Shown here: one piece after another, positions 7,789 to 18,621 of the stretch
Numbering within the stretch: the stretch's first letter is position 1
How the letters are laid out: the number at the start of each line of letters is the position of its first letter
From: Candidatus Methanocomedens sp.
GTDB taxonomy: Archaea > Halobacteriota > Methanosarcinia > Methanosarcinales > Methanocomedenaceae
Length of the DNA stretch: 27,192 nt
Direction of reading: 5' to 3'
NCBI GenBank assembly: GCA_013374385.1
Contig: QBUR01000192.1
Location: 1-27,192, forward strand
Translations under genes and position numbers: made by a program
Notes under the pieces: model-generated
The model's database searches: none
What the model was told of the DNA's origin: nothing
The model's input: the letters and a program-made list of their open reading frames with translations, nothing else

Positions 7789-9330
7789 TCAGGTGCCTCC
7801 GAGGAATTGTCTCATCATCGGATGCATTTCCATCATCTGTTCAGATGCAAGATCCTCATACAGCCTGTACACAATACTCACAGCCAGCAACAGACCAGTA
7901 CCACCTGCTCCTCCCAACGTGCCCAATAGACTGGCCACCAGTGTCAACAGACCGATGAATGCACCACCAATAATGGTAACTCTTGGGATATAACGGTTCA
8001 TAACCCGCTCGATACTATCAACGTTCCGCCTGAACCCGGGTATCTGCATACCTGAATTGTGTATCTTCTGGGCTGTGTTCTTGGCATTCATACCAGTAGT
8101 CTCCACCCAGAACAGTGCAAATATAATACCGCCAAAGATTAACATGGTAGCATCTGCTAGCACATGCACACCTATCTGCAAGTTAGTTGGCACATCTACA
8201 GATACAAAACCTGCAGCGTTGGCATACTGGGTATTGATGTCCGCAAAATTCTGTTTCACCAGACTGGGTATCCAGTCCCTGGGACTGTGAAGGGGTGCCA
8301 GGTAATACATCAGGCCGCTGGTTGGGGTACTGCCCCTGAACTCGCCAAATATCGTAATTCCCTTCTTGAACAGCAACATACCTACCATCTGGATATTGGC
8401 CTGCAATGCCCGCACCAGAATCATGGGGAGTACACTGGCATATATAAGTTTGACTGGAAACCGACCTCTTGCCCCCCTCACTGCACTATGCGCCAATGGA
8501 ATCTCAATACGGGTAGATTCCACGTACACTACCATAAGGAATATCAAAACTGTACTGAACAATGCCAATATGCCGCCATCAATGAATACATTCTGGAACA
8601 TATTGTCAGCCAGCAGGCTACCCAGTCCAACATCAGTAGTGAAAAACAACCATTTTGGTAGCAGCCCTACTGGAGCACTGCCAGGTCCGCCCGGACGGGT
8701 GATACTGAACAGGCCCGTTACGATCGACTGGGACACACCTGCCACGATGAACAGCCCCACACCTGAACCGATACCCCATTTGGATACCACCTCATCCATA
8801 AACAGCACCAGGGTGCCGCCAATGAATATCTGGATAAAGATTATTAATATGACCAGATCCACCCCACCTGCCGGTGAAAGGTTAAAATCTGTTGATAATA
8901 TGGTTGCCAGACCAATATCCGGAAGGATATACCCGCCAAGTATCTGTGGCAAAGTTTCCAGCACTATCATAACAAACACCAGCAACTTCTGGGCGCCCTG
9001 GAAGATAGCCTGGTCCTGCGGGTCGCTCATGTCCATCTTGATAACATCCGCACCAACCAGTAACTGCAACACGATAGAAGCGGTAACAATTGGGCCTATA
9101 CCCAATAGCATAAGCGAGCCTGAAGCTCCGGCAAAGAATGCCCTATATTGTTCAAACATATCAATGGAATCCGCGGACATGCCAAAAAGAGGAATATTGG
9201 ACAGGGTAAAATAAAGTAACAATATACCTATTGTCCAGCCCAGTTTCTTCTTAAAATGAACATGCCCTTCAGGTCTAGATACTGCTGGCAGTTTTCTTAA
9301 AAATGGTTCGATAGTATCTTTGAAGGTCAT
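7789..9330 (-). CDS. secY: Preprotein translocase subunit SecY
   Basis: LGIGPIVTASIVLQLL, KWGIGSGVGLFI, PVKLIYASVLPMIL and GTGLLLAVSI. Start refined to ATG 9330 (SD AAAGGTG). Confidence 0.97.
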   Translation of the reverse strand: MTFKDTIEPFLRKLPAVSRPEGHVHFKKKLGWTIGILLLYFTLSNIPLFGMSADSIDMFEQYRAFFAGASGSLMLLGIGPIVTASIVLQLLVGADVIKMDMSDPQDQAIFQGAQKLLVFVMIVLETLPQILGGYILPDIGLATILSTDFNLSPAGGVDLVILIIFIQIFIGGTLVLFMDEVVSKWGIGSGVGLFIVAGVSQSIVTGLFSITRPGGPGSAPVGLLPKWLFFTTDVGLGSLLADNMFQNVFIDGGILALFSTVLIFLMVVYVESTRIEIPLAHSAVRGARGRFPVKLIYASVLPMILVRALQANIQMVGMLLFKKGITIFGEFRGSTPTSGLMYYLAPLHSPRDWIPSLVKQNFADINTQYANAAGFVSVDVPTNLQIGVHVLADATMLIFGGIIFALFWVETTGMNAKNTAQKIHNSGMQIPGFRRNVDSIERVMNRYIPRVTIIGGAFIGLLTLVASLLGTLGGAGGTGLLLAVSIVYRLYEDLASEQMMEMHPMMRQFLGGT

Positions 9331-9360
9331 CTGATGCACCTTTGTAATATTTGAATAATT

Positions 9361-9400
9361 GAATAGTAAAACAATAATTTAACATTATTGTTTTCTATTC
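9361..9400. promoter_or_regulatory. 17-bp AT-rich hairpin in the rpl15-secY intergenic region
   Basis: GAATAG-(T)-AAAACAATAAT / loop TTAAC / ATTATTGTTTT-CTATTC. Confidence 0.6.
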
Positions 9401-9412
9401 CAAGCTCACATT

Positions 9413-9907
9413 TCAGTCGGCTTCTTCAACAGCCGGTTCCAAAGGCTCTTCCGGTTCTGGAAGTAGTTCCATCTCTGACGGCACATACTCCACAACGCTG
9501 CCTCCGGCCTCTTCTACCTTATTCCTTGCCTTCTCGCTGCATTGTGAAACAGTCAGCACCATGGATTTGGTTACCATGCCGCCGCCCAGCACCTTATCAA
9601 TGTCCAGTTCTGCCAGGTTCATATGGTACACGTCGCCTTCCTTTTGCGCCTGACCATCTGATACCAGCTGTTCAACCAGTTCGTCCAGTTCACCCACATT
9701 CACTATGGGCGTATAGGATAGCATCTTCTGAGGGCGTTTGAACCCATGTTTTCCGTAGGCCAGGCCATTGAGGTAGTTGCGCACAAAATGGTGTTTACAT
9801 CCACCTGCATTGCCACGACCTCCGCGACTGCCACCGCCACGCCGGTTCTTAGAAGTACCGCCTCCGCATGTCCGTGAACCTCTGAATTTAGTTACATTCT
9901 TTTTCAT
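9413..9907 (-). CDS. rpl15p: 50S ribosomal protein uL15
   Basis: [38 protein letters not shown]; acidic C-terminal tail. Start refined to 9907. Confidence 0.95.
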   Translation of the reverse strand: MKKNVTKFRGSRTCGGGTSKNRRGGGSRGGRGNAGGCKHHFVRNYLNGLAYGKHGFKRPQKMLSYTPIVNVGELDELVEQLVSDGQAQKEGDVYHMNLAELDIDKVLGGGMVTKSMVLTVSQCSEKARNKVEEAGGSVVEYVPSEMELLPEPEEPLEPAVEEAD

Positions 9908-9912
9908 GTGAA

Positions 9913-10374
9913 TCACCTCATCCTGTGAAGTAATGCATTAATGTCGTCTCCATGATATCCAAGTACACCGCCTTCAGCTACAGTCTTCTTAATACCCCTG
10001 TGTCCTTTTCTGGGAGGGTGAAGCCTGAACAACGGTTTGAGCTGTGGCACATCTTTCATGGAAACCTCGCCTGCATGAATAGCCTGTGCCAGGGCATCAA
10101 TACCATCGAATGATGTATTCTCCTTCACATACTCATCGGTCAATCTGGCACCGCCCTTCAACTCACACCTTTTATGCATTAACTGGGCCAAGGCTTCCTG
10201 GGTGATATTACCCCAAGCCACATAATCCTTAACCTTCTGTATCATGCCCTTATTCTGGGGATTCTCATTCAGAACAATGCAATGATTGCCTTTGTTCAAC
10301 CTGAGCATCTTAAGGGTATCCCTTATCTCGGGCCTGGTATTGACCGTACTTCGAAGCCGCACTACCGTGTACAT
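9913..10374 (-). CDS. rpl30p: 50S ribosomal protein uL30
   Basis: VVRLRS...TLKMLRL...[13 protein letters not shown]...FRLHPPRKG. Confidence 0.96.
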   Translation of the reverse strand: MYTVVRLRSTVNTRPEIRDTLKMLRLNKGNHCIVLNENPQNKGMIQKVKDYVAWGNITQEALAQLMHKRCELKGGARLTDEYVKENTSFDGIDALAQAIHAGEVSMKDVPQLKPLFRLHPPRKGHRGIKKTVAEGGVLGYHGDDINALLHRMR

Positions 10375-10994
10375 TACTTTGCCCCCTTAGTACGTATTAC
10401 TGCAGTCATTTTCAGCGCTTCGTAAGTAGCCTTGGCAAAGTTCAGGGTAGTTCTGGTCTGACCCTCGGTCCTTGTCCAGACATCCTTGATACCTGCCAGC
10501 TGCATAACTGTCTTTGCCGTTTTTCCTGCAGCCAGTCCTAAGCCACGTGGAGCAGGTTTCAATATCACCTTAACACTGCCAACTTTACCCTCAACCTCGA
10601 AAGGAACAGTATGCTCTGTCCCGCAAACGCATTCCCATGAACCGCAACCTCGCTTCACTCCCGAAATATTAAGCTTAGCAATGTCAATAGCTTTGCGTAT
10701 TGCCGGTCCTACCTGTGCATCCTTAGCCTGGCCCATGCCGATAAAACCATCTTCATTGCCCACAGCCACTACGGCTCTGAACTTTACCCGCCGACCAGAA
10801 TCAGTCATTCTCTGGACCATGTTAATGTCCAGTACTTCTTCCTTCAGTTCGGGAAGAAGTGCATCCACGATCTGTGGTTCCCTGATAGGAAGACCTGATT
10901 GCAGTGCCTCGTCCATTGAGGCCACCTGGCCTTCCTTTACCAGTGTTCCCAGCCTTGTTTTGGGAATCCATTCTTTCTCGTAACCATATGCCAT
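10374..10994 (-). CDS. rps5p: 30S ribosomal protein uS5
   Basis: [33 protein letters not shown]. Confidence 0.97.
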   Translation of the reverse strand: MAYGYEKEWIPKTRLGTLVKEGQVASMDEALQSGLPIREPQIVDALLPELKEEVLDINMVQRMTDSGRRVKFRAVVAVGNEDGFIGMGQAKDAQVGPAIRKAIDIAKLNISGVKRGCGSWECVCGTEHTVPFEVEGKVGSVKVILKPAPRGLGLAAGKTAKTVMQLAGIKDVWTRTEGQTRTTLNFAKATYEALKMTAVIRTKGAK

Positions 10995-10997
10995 TGT

Positions 10998-11522
10998 TTA
11001 ATCCTCCCCAAATTCACTTTTAATCTTTGCCAGGGTCTCATCGAACATGGCAGGAATATCAGTACCGGTATATTCCTTTATCTCTTCGCCCCTTATTCTG
11101 GGCTCACCAGGAAATATCTTAGGGTCATGGGGTACATCTAAACCAGAATCTACAATGCCTTTCAATGCAGCATATACCCGGCCTCCCTTGGTTGAAACCT
11201 GTAGTCCCATATCCAGCACTGCGTTCTCATATCCAGCCTTCTGGGCCTTATAACCAAAAAGCAGGCCTGTGAGGTATGCTGATGGTGTATTGCCTGTGGG
11301 GCCGGTATAACCATAACTACCGAGTTCGGTAGAATCGGCATGAACTAAAGTTTGGTCACCTTCAGGCTTTGGTACCACCAGCTGGAGTCTCATATGTTTC
11401 AAACTCCTGCGTGCCACTACCCGGGCCTGTTTAGACACCAACAATTTGAGCCGCTGATGATAATCGGTCCTTCCTTCTCTTCTACGTCTGAATGCTACTT
11501 TGTATCTAGGTCCTGTTGCCAT
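10998..11522 (-). CDS. rpl18p: 50S ribosomal protein uL18
   Basis: [32 protein letters not shown]. Confidence 0.97.
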   Translation of the reverse strand: MATGPRYKVAFRRRREGRTDYHQRLKLLVSKQARVVARRSLKHMRLQLVVPKPEGDQTLVHADSTELGSYGYTGPTGNTPSAYLTGLLFGYKAQKAGYENAVLDMGLQVSTKGGRVYAALKGIVDSGLDVPHDPKIFPGEPRIRGEEIKEYTGTDIPAMFDETLAKIKSEFGED

Positions 11523-11528
11523 GTATCA

Positions 11529-11981
11529 TCACACCTCCTTATGTTCAATGGATTCGATATGCGCTTCCATGTGTGCCACATTCCTGTACACGCCACCTTT
11601 TGCCTTACGGCGCATGGTACAGTAAGCTGATTTATCCAGCGTACCGTCACTTTTCAGTTCACGCAACTTTTTCCTCAGCGCACGTATCTTCGTCATCCAT
11701 TGCTGTTTTCTGGGATTACGGGCACCTTTGGCCCCGCTTCTGGAACCGTGACCTTTACGGTGTCCATATGCCCGTTTGACATCCACCTTCCGGGCACGTC
11801 CCCTGGACACACCCTTCACAGGTTTGGCTTTTACAACACCGCTGGAAATAAGTTCCCTCAAATCGTCACGAGTGATAGCATTAGCAATATCGCCTGCTGC
11901 CTCAGGGTCAAACCAAATCCGGTTCACCCCGACCTTTAGCACACTGGCTGCAATTTTCTTCTGGTTCTTGAGGTCTGACAT
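11529..11981 (-). CDS. rpl19e: 50S ribosomal protein eL19
   Basis: [35 protein letters not shown]. Confidence 0.97.
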   Translation of the reverse strand: MSDLKNQKKIAASVLKVGVNRIWFDPEAAGDIANAITRDDLRELISSGVVKAKPVKGVSRGRARKVDVKRAYGHRKGHGSRSGAKGARNPRKQQWMTKIRALRKKLRELKSDGTLDKSAYCTMRRKAKGGVYRNVAHMEAHIESIEHKEV

Positions 11982-11982
11982 C

Positions 11983-12696
11983 TCACTGTACCTCCTCTTG
12001 ATAAGGTGGATTGAGTATCTTCAGTCCCAGGCTTTGTGCCTTTTTCACAATATCCATGCGCTTTCGCTGTCCTACGGTCCTGGCAATACGAATAGCCTGT
12101 GTAGCAGGATCAACATTGTCAAGGTCCTTGGCCCTGGATAGCAGGACTTCCTCAAAACCAGATGGATGCAATCCCTTGACTGCAACAGGACTGCCGTATC
12201 CTGGTCTTGCCATCTCGCCTTTACCGAGGATGTACTTGCGTTTCTTATTATGCAATCCTCTGGGCTTTCTCCAGACATCCTTTAATTTCTTTTTCTTATG
12301 CTGGTCGGTCTGGACAAAGTGTGGTTTCTTGAGTTTTTGTCTCTTCCTGACATTGAGAAGCCTCTTGGATTCAGGTTCCATCTCAAGTTCTGCAGTGTGG
12401 ACGACTTTGGTCTCCTCCTCAGCTTCTGCTTCCTCAACCTCTCCAACGTCTTCCAATTCTTCTTCAACCTTTACTTCTTCAGCTTCTTCTGCATTAACTT
12501 CATCAGTAAAATGGGACACTTCATCCGATATCTGCTCAGCCAGGGCCTCAGTTATCCCTTTAACTTCAGATAACTCCTCGACTGTGGCTTTGTTCAGGTC
12601 CTCAAATGAAGTATATCCTGCTTCATACAGAGCCTTAGCCTTGGATTCGCCGACCCCTTTGAGTGAAGTGAATTCTTCGATTATCGCATCTTCCAT
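11983..12696 (-). CDS. rpl32e: 50S ribosomal protein eL32 with an N-terminal helix-hairpin-helix extension
   Basis: C-terminal [27 protein letters not shown]-terminal [16 protein letters not shown]...VKGI, then an acidic linker. Start refined to 12696. Confidence 0.95.
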   Translation of the reverse strand: MEDAIIEEFTSLKGVGESKAKALYEAGYTSFEDLNKATVEELSEVKGITEALAEQISDEVSHFTDEVNAEEAEEVKVEEELEDVGEVEEAEAEEETKVVHTAELEMEPESKRLLNVRKRQKLKKPHFVQTDQHKKKKLKDVWRKPRGLHNKKRKYILGKGEMARPGYGSPVAVKGLHPSGFEEVLLSRAKDLDNVDPATQAIRIARTVGQRKRMDIVKKAQSLGLKILNPPYQEEVQ

Positions 12697-12705
12697 TATA
12701 ATCAC

Positions 12706-13242
12706 CTACGCTGTCGTCTTCTCCACCACATATATCCCGTCCTGGAATACCCTGGGGTCAAATCTCTTTATTTTGGTCGCCTGCTGGATATTAGCAGCGG
12801 TCTGTCCAACATCTTCAATGTTGATACCGGTTACCACTAACTCATCGCCTTTAACATCCACCTTTGTGTCTCCCATTATCCTGGCCTTTCTCGGCTTTTT
12901 CTCGCCAAGGAAATTCCCGATATTCAGGGCACCGGCCTCGACCTTCAACTGGATAGGAAAGTGAGAATATACCATTTTCATAGTATAAGTAAAGCCATCA
13001 GTGACACCTCTAATCATATTGTTGATGTGGGACGAAATGGTGCCAATCATGGCCTGCTGTTTTTTCCTCGGATTGGGTGAATCCACCGTAACCTGGTTAT
13101 CAACCAGTTCAATAACGATACCGGGATACCAGAGTGAACGGGACATGGTGCCGTTTGGACCTGTGACAGTACACATACTGCCATCCATCACCACATTCAC
13201 CGCATCCGGTATTTCCACGGCTCTTTTTATCTCCTTTGCCAT
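12706..13242 (-). CDS. rpl6p: 50S ribosomal protein uL6
   Basis: YSHFPIQL, NFLGEKKPR, FDPRVFQDGIY. Start refined to 13242. Confidence 0.97.
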   Translation of the reverse strand: MAKEIKRAVEIPDAVNVVMDGSMCTVTGPNGTMSRSLWYPGIVIELVDNQVTVDSPNPRKKQQAMIGTISSHINNMIRGVTDGFTYTMKMVYSHFPIQLKVEAGALNIGNFLGEKKPRKARIMGDTKVDVKGDELVVTGINIEDVGQTAANIQQATKIKRFDPRVFQDGIYVVEKTTA

Positions 13243-13253
13243 TATGTCACACC

Positions 13254-13646
13254 TCAATATACGTACGCAAGCAACTGACCGCCAACCGTCTGGGCCCTGG
13301 CATCATTATGAGACTGCACACCGTTAGGTGTAGTCAGTATCAGAGCACCGAAGTTGCTGGCTGGGAGGTAGCGTTTCTCCCATTTCTCAAAGTCCCTGTA
13401 CCCAACTGCTGATCTGGGTTTTATGACTCCGCATTTGTTTATCTTTCCAATGAGTTCCACTTTTATCATACCGGCCATGCCGTCGTCCATGAACTCGAAC
13501 TGTCCCACATATCCCATATCCTGCATGACCTTCAATACATTTCCGATCAATTTGGAAGCAGGATGAATGATGCAATGGGACTTGCCTGTGCTCTCCGCAT
13601 TCTTCATTGTGGAGAGGGCATCTGCTAATGGGTCTAATAATACCAT
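13254..13646 (-). CDS. rps8p: 30S ribosomal protein uS8
   Basis: [43 protein letters not shown]. Confidence 0.97.
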   Translation of the reverse strand: MVLLDPLADALSTMKNAESTGKSHCIIHPASKLIGNVLKVMQDMGYVGQFEFMDDGMAGMIKVELIGKINKCGVIKPRSAVGYRDFEKWEKRYLPASNFGALILTTPNGVQSHNDARAQTVGGQLLAYVY

Positions 13647-13657
13647 ATTTTTTCACC

Positions 13658-13825
13658 TCATGAATTCTTGGTAAATCCCATGTCCGGAGCCATTTCTCTG
13701 AAACACTGACGACACAGGTATATTCCATATTTCCTTACAAGTCCCTGTTTCCGGCCGCATCTCTTACATTCATTAGCACCCCGGCCGAACTTCTGTTCTG
13801 TTTGAGCTACTGTTTCTTTCTTCAT
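13658..13825 (-). CDS. rps14p: 30S ribosomal protein uS14 (Zn-binding type; not in the ORF track)
   Basis: Manual translation: [55 protein letters not shown] (55 aa), with an ATGA overlap on the uL5 stop. Confidence 0.95.
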   Translation of the reverse strand: MKKETVAQTEQKFGRGANECKRCGRKQGLVRKYGIYLCRQCFREMAPDMGFTKNS

Positions 13826-14340
13826 GTCAGTACCTCCACGCCATATGCACCCTTAATATATGCAACGGCATCCTGTTTAGTCAACTTATGGCTGCTTGGA
13901 ACCTTCTGTTTCTGTATCTTACGCCTGCCCACCCGATAACCGGGTCTGATCAGGGATACTGTCACATCCATACCAAAAATACCAATCTTGGGATCATATT
14001 TCAGTTCAGGAAAATCGGTATGTTCCTCAATCCCAAAACTAAAATTGCCAGTATTATCGAATTGTGATTCTCTTAACTGGTTCTCAATAATCCCAAGGCT
14101 GGTCCTCAAGAAATTCTCTGCCAATTCACCCCTCAGGGTAACTTTGCAGCCAATAGGTTCATGCTTCTTTATACTGAACGCAAGCATTGTTCTCTTGGCC
14201 TTGGTCCTAACCCCTTGCTGGTGGGCAATGGTATTGAGTATATCCTCAGCATTGTTAAGGTTCTCACCACTCTCGCCCACACCAATATGGACAGTGAGTT
14301 TATCGACCTTGGGCGTTCTCATCACATTACCCTCACTCAT
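13822..14340 (-). CDS. rpl5p: 50S ribosomal protein uL5
   Basis: [47 protein letters not shown]. Start refined to 14340. Confidence 0.97.
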   Translation of the reverse strand: MSEGNVMRTPKVDKLTVHIGVGESGENLNNAEDILNTIAHQQGVRTKAKRTMLAFSIKKHEPIGCKVTLRGELAENFLRTSLGIIENQLRESQFDNTGNFSFGIEEHTDFPELKYDPKIGIFGMDVTVSLIRPGYRVGRRKIQKQKVPSSHKLTKQDAVAYIKGAYGVEVLT

Positions 14341-15049
14341 GGACAGCACCTCCCAGATTAAACTCTGGTTTATCAGTTCCTACCACGAACACATAGTCCT
14401 CGATAGTTTCGAAATCAGTACCATCATCCCTTGTAAGGACAACCATGTTGTGCCTGCTACTGCGCACCTTCTTTATGTCAGTGATGCTGGCAAGTTGCCC
14501 TGAATGGGTACCGCCAGTGATGACCGCCATATTACCAGGTTCGTATTTGATATGCTTGTCTATACTCTTATCAGGTATATTCAAGATGACCGTATCATTA
14601 GACTGGTAGTCTTTGCTGGCAATGATATTTGTACCATCATGGAGGTTCAATTGTACCCTGGCACCTTTTATAGTGGTCTTGTTCAGTATCTTGCACGGTT
14701 TCTTTGGATTTTTCACATCCAGCTCATTGACCATTAACCTGCCTTTAGGGTCCAGGAGTATTCTGTAACTTATCCCAACCTTAGGAACTTGGATTACATC
14801 AAAGACACCTACAGGGAATTTGTGGTCTTTCCTTACGATCCCATCAACCAGCACATTGCCTTCGTGTAAGATTCGTTTTGCTTCCCTCAAATTATCTACC
14901 AGTTTCAGTATATCCCTGAGAAGGACTCCCAATGGTAGTGATTGTTTACCTGAATGGGGACCTGGATTTGGTTTGGTTATCCAGATATTGGTCTTCTTGG
15001 GTACGGGCCAACTCTTTGGAGAAGCGATTCTTTTAAGATGTCTACTCAC
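14333..15049 (-). CDS. rps4e: 30S ribosomal protein eS4
   Basis: [42 protein letters not shown]. Confidence 0.97.
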   Translation of the reverse strand: MSRHLKRIASPKSWPVPKKTNIWITKPNPGPHSGKQSLPLGVLLRDILKLVDNLREAKRILHEGNVLVDGIVRKDHKFPVGVFDVIQVPKVGISYRILLDPKGRLMVNELDVKNPKKPCKILNKTTIKGARVQLNLHDGTNIIASKDYQSNDTVILNIPDKSIDKHIKYEPGNMAVITGGTHSGQLASITDIKKVRSSRHNMVVLTRDDGTDFETIEDYVFVVGTDKPEFNLGGAVHE

Positions 15050-15417
15050 TTTTCTTCGCCTCCTCTTGATAATGTCTGTTCTCGAATATCATCACTCAGG
15101 TTAAGCTTGGTTATCATTACATTGGATGGGTGTACAGGTCTGGGTACTTCAGTGCCGTCTGCTTTTGGCACACTTACACCCTCCACAACAATAGTAATGT
15201 GTTTTAAATTTACCAGTTCCACCTTTCCTTCAGTACCTGTGTGGTCCCCTCGCATTATCATGACAGTATCTCCTTCCCTGACAGGCAGGTTACGCTTGTT
15301 GTATTTTGCCCGCAACTCACGGGACAAAAAAGCGCTCATCAGTTTCTGGCGCTGGTGCAACTGTGCGTTATACCGTGCTTTGCGCTGTTTTCTTGGTTGT
15401 TTTGATTTAATCTTCAT
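15046..15417 (-). CDS. rpl24p: 50S ribosomal protein uL24
   Basis: [31 protein letters not shown]. Start refined to 15417. Confidence 0.96.
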   Translation of the reverse strand: MKIKSKQPRKQRKARYNAQLHQRQKLMSAFLSRELRAKYNKRNLPVREGDTVMIMRGDHTGTEGKVELVNLKHITIVVEGVSVPKADGTEVPRPVHPSNVMITKLNLSDDIREQTLSRGGEEK

Positions 15418-15427
15418 ACAGCACACC

Positions 15428-15826
15428 TCACACTATAATTGAAGCAACTGATGCGATCTTAGTATACCGCTCTGCAGCTTCCCTGGCCACCGGACCCTTA
15501 ATATCTGTTCCTTTTGGTATGCCTTCATCATCTGTGATAACCACAGCATTATCCTCAAAAGATACCCTGAGACCGTCCGGTCGCCTGAACTCTTTCTTCT
15601 GCCGAACTACGACAGCTTTCATTACCTGTTTGCGCATTTCTGGCGTGCCTTTCTTAACACTGACCACCAGCATGTCACCTATGCCACCCTTGGGTTGCCT
15701 GTTCTTGACACCACGATATTTCATCACAGATATGAGCTTTACCTGCCTGGCACCTGTATTATCCACGCAGTCAATCATTGCGCCAGCATTCAAGGCACGT
15801 GGTATATTTGCTTTCATACCCCTCAT
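15428..15826 (-). CDS. rpl14p: 50S ribosomal protein uL14
   Basis: [34 protein letters not shown]. Confidence 0.97.
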   Translation of the reverse strand: MRGMKANIPRALNAGAMIDCVDNTGARQVKLISVMKYRGVKNRQPKGGIGDMLVVSVKKGTPEMRKQVMKAVVVRQKKEFRRPDGLRVSFEDNAVVITDDEGIPKGTDIKGPVAREAAERYTKIASVASIIV

Positions 15827-16146
15827 TTCGTCACCTCGATCACAACAAAAGTCTTAGTCTTGCTCAAAGGCCTGCATTCTGCAATCTTTACCTCATCTCC
15901 CTCTTTTGCATCAATGCATGGGGGGTTATGGGCATGAATCTTTGATTGTCTCTTCTCGAGTCGCTCATATTTTGTGATAAGCTTCTCGAAAACCCGTTTC
16001 ACTACAACTGTCTTATCCATTTTACTGGCCACTACCGACCCGGTAAAAACCTGGCCCCTTACGGGTAATGTACCATGGAATGGACAGTTGATGTCAGTGC
16101 ACTCCCCAGAGGGAGCTTCGACGTCCAGCCCTATATTTCGTGTCAT
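15823..16146 (-). CDS. rps17p: 30S ribosomal protein uS17
   Basis: [45 protein letters not shown]. Start refined to 16146. Confidence 0.97.
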   Translation of the reverse strand: MTRNIGLDVEAPSGECTDINCPFHGTLPVRGQVFTGSVVASKMDKTVVVKRVFEKLITKYERLEKRQSKIHAHNPPCIDAKEGDEVKIAECRPLSKTKTFVVIEVTK

Positions 16147-16171
16147 TATTATATACCTCAATATTTGTATT

Positions 16172-16507
16172 TCAGAGATTTACTCTTCGCCTGATAGTTT
16201 TCTTGAACTTTGATTGAATGCGATTTTCGGGTTGTGAGAGCAATAAAGTTCCATCCACTTTTACCCACACATTTGTGTCTGGCAGGTAACGTCTACCATC
16301 ACTTGCGGGTATTGTGAACATGAATTGAGTATGGGACTTGGGCACAGTCTTAATGCGCCTGTCACCCACATCAATGCGTATTGTGTTTCTAGTTTCGTCA
16401 ATAACCTTTCCTCTAATTCCTATTTGAGCAGTGTTTGAGCAGTCCACCACCTCAGCCTCAAGCCCTATCAGTTCATGATGGATGAGGTTTTGGGGTGTAA
16501 TCTGCAT
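16172..16507 (-). CDS. rnp1: Ribonuclease P protein component 1 (Rpp29/POP4)
   Basis: [24 protein letters not shown], and canonical position between L29 and S17. Confidence 0.93.
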   Translation of the reverse strand: MQITPQNLIHHELIGLEAEVVDCSNTAQIGIRGKVIDETRNTIRIDVGDRRIKTVPKSHTQFMFTIPASDGRRYLPDTNVWVKVDGTLLLSQPENRIQSKFKKTIRRRVNL

Positions 16508-16520
16508 ATATTTCCTCCGA

Positions 16521-16721
16521 TTATTTTCCTATTTCTGTTTGTATTGTTTTAATCCTTGCAATGGTCCTGCGTATCTCGCCAATGCGACCCGGATTTTCAG
16601 GTGCACCGCCAGCCGATGCAATAGCACGCTCTCTTATGAGTTCAGCGTTAAGAGTATCCAGTTCATCCAGTCTCTCCTCACGACTCATATTCTGTATCTC
16701 ATCCACTTGCAGTATGGTCAT
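16521..16721 (-). CDS. rpl29p: 50S ribosomal protein uL29
   Basis: [31 protein letters not shown]. Confidence 0.95.
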   Translation of the reverse strand: MTILQVDEIQNMSREERLDELDTLNAELIRERAIASAGGAPENPGRIGEIRRTIARIKTIQTEIGK

Positions 16722-17731
16722 TACTCATCATCCCCTTCGACCTTATGCATTCTTTTGGACGGATGCCAGTAATCATAGCCTTCGTGCTTGTGTTCTTCAA
16801 CACCGTTGTTGTCGCGCATCTGTTCATTAACCGCTGTTTCACCCTCTGGCTGTGCGACAGTTTCAACCGCTGTTTCGACTGGTGCCTCGTTGGTCACTTT
16901 AGTTTCTTCCGTGGGCTTTGCTTCGGGTTGTGCTTCAACAACATCTTCTGGTTTGGCAGCTGCAGGTGTATCGTGTGGTCTGGACATTGGATGCCAATCC
17001 ATGTTGTCATGCCTGTGCTCCCAGACACTACCGACCTGTCTAAGATTGGCCATCTTAGCCTCCTTTTTATCAGGAGCTTTTTCGACAACCTCTTTGATGC
17101 CTTCCTTTACCTTAGGTTCAGCAACTTCAGGGGCCGTCTCTTTTAGCATATGGAACTTGCCGGGAAGTACGGTGCCCGGGGGTACGATGCGTACACTGCA
17201 ACCAATAGCACCTAATTTCTTCACTGCCATGGCATAACCCGAATCCACAAGTTCCTCAGCAGGCTTGCCTGCATGTTTAATGTAACCTTCAACCATCTTG
17301 GAAACCCTTGACCGAGGGCCGGTAAGTTTTCCAGATATTACAATCTGGCAACCCAGTGCTCCGGAATCCATGATACGGCTCAGCATATTATGCCCCGCTT
17401 TCCTGAAATACCATCCTCTCTCAAGAGCATTTGCCAGGCGGTTTGCCATCATCTGTGCATTGAGTTCAGGTACTTTTACTTCCTGCACCTCAATCTGTGG
17501 ATTGTCCACATTGAAAATATATGACATGTCCCTGGTCAAGCGCTGTATGGTCTTACCACCTTTACCTATGACCATTCCTGGTTTCTCTGCTAACAGAGTT
17601 ATCTGAGTGCCCATGGGTGTACGGTTCATGACCATTCCACCGTATCCGGCACGTTCGAGTTGTTTGGTGAAATACTCGTTGATCCTTGCCTTGGTCAGGC
17701 CGTCCTGTACGAACTTTCTCTCAATTCCCAT
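16721..17731 (-). CDS. rps3p: 30S ribosomal protein uS3 with a long C-terminal extension
   Basis: [36 protein letters not shown]; the tail has two His-rich repeats. Start refined to 17731. Confidence 0.97.
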   Translation of the reverse strand: MGIERKFVQDGLTKARINEYFTKQLERAGYGGMVMNRTPMGTQITLLAEKPGMVIGKGGKTIQRLTRDMSYIFNVDNPQIEVQEVKVPELNAQMMANRLANALERGWYFRKAGHNMLSRIMDSGALGCQIVISGKLTGPRSRVSKMVEGYIKHAGKPAEELVDSGYAMAVKKLGAIGCSVRIVPPGTVLPGKFHMLKETAPEVAEPKVKEGIKEVVEKAPDKKEAKMANLRQVGSVWEHRHDNMDWHPMSRPHDTPAAAKPEDVVEAQPEAKPTEETKVTNEAPVETAVETVAQPEGETAVNEQMRDNNGVEEHKHEGYDYWHPSKRMHKVEGDDE

Positions 17732-18188
17732 GTTCACGCACCTCCTGGAGTACTACTTCTATGTTCACTGTCTCTGTGTTCTTAGGTGAAGAGCTACCCC
17801 GTGCCCTGGCCCTGTAACCATGTATCACACGTCCTTGCTTGGTTGAAATGTGACTGATCTTCATACGCTGTGGGTCTAGCCCCTTATATTCAGCGTTAGC
17901 CTCTGCATTTACCAGAATCTTTATAAATTCTTTAGCAGCTTTTTGGGGGTACCTGCCAGCGGCCATGGGACCCTTGCGGTGCCCCATACCGTCATTGTGT
18001 CGCTTAAACGGTACTGCCTGTTTTAGAGCAGCCACTTCCCCAAGATAGTCCCTTGCACGCTCGGTCTTCATACCCTTGATGGCCCTGCATATCTCCCTGG
18101 AATGCCTGGGTGAGATATGTAATTCATGACCCATTGCAGTGGATGTAGTTTCCGGGTCTGTCTGAACTGAATATTGAATTCTTGACAT
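17721..18188 (-). CDS. rpl22p: 50S ribosomal protein uL22
   Basis: [38 protein letters not shown]. Confidence 0.97.
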   Translation of the reverse strand: MSRIQYSVQTDPETTSTAMGHELHISPRHSREICRAIKGMKTERARDYLGEVAALKQAVPFKRHNDGMGHRKGPMAAGRYPQKAAKEFIKILVNAEANAEYKGLDPQRMKISHISTKQGRVIHGYRARARGSSSPKNTETVNIEVVLQEVREHGN

Positions 18189-18201
18189 CCTTTTTCCTCC
18201 A

Positions 18202-18615
18202 TCACTTCAAGGGTACGAACTTGCTGGACTTGGTAGCACCAACACCGGCTGAACCGTGGCTCACGCGCCTACGGGTCATGGAATACTCCCCGAAATAGTG
18301 CCCCATCATCTCTGGCATGACCTCGACCTTCTCGAAGCTCTTACCATTATATATCTCCAGATTGAGACCTACCATGTCGGGAAATATGAGCATATCCCTT
18401 CTATGCGTCCTGACGGTGGTCTCACCATCCTTGACCTTCTGCATTATCTTTTTATGTTCATCGCTAAGCCCGCGTTTTATAGTCCTGCGCTGTCTTGCAG
18501 GTATCATTTGGGAAAACTCTTCAGTGCTTAATGTCTTAAGCTCATCAACGGTCTTTCCGCGATAAGTATATTCACCTTTTCTCTTTGGGAGTTTGGTGGA
18601 TGTTTTCTTTGCCAT
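18202..18615 (-). CDS. rps19p: 30S ribosomal protein uS19
   Basis: [42 protein letters not shown]. Confidence 0.97.
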   Translation of the reverse strand: MAKKTSTKLPKRKGEYTYRGKTVDELKTLSTEEFSQMIPARQRRTIKRGLSDEHKKIMQKVKDGETTVRTHRRDMLIFPDMVGLNLEIYNGKSFEKVEVMPEMMGHYFGEYSMTRRRVSHGSAGVGATKSSKFVPLK

Positions 18616-18621
18616 ACCTTC

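Noticed and set aside
12011-12964. Long plus-strand ORF (317 aa), and similar ones at 8366-9214, 10486-10983, 23065-23481 and 1713-2288
   Set aside because: These are antisense shadows of conserved genes, with S/T-rich low-complexity translations and no motifs or SD sites.
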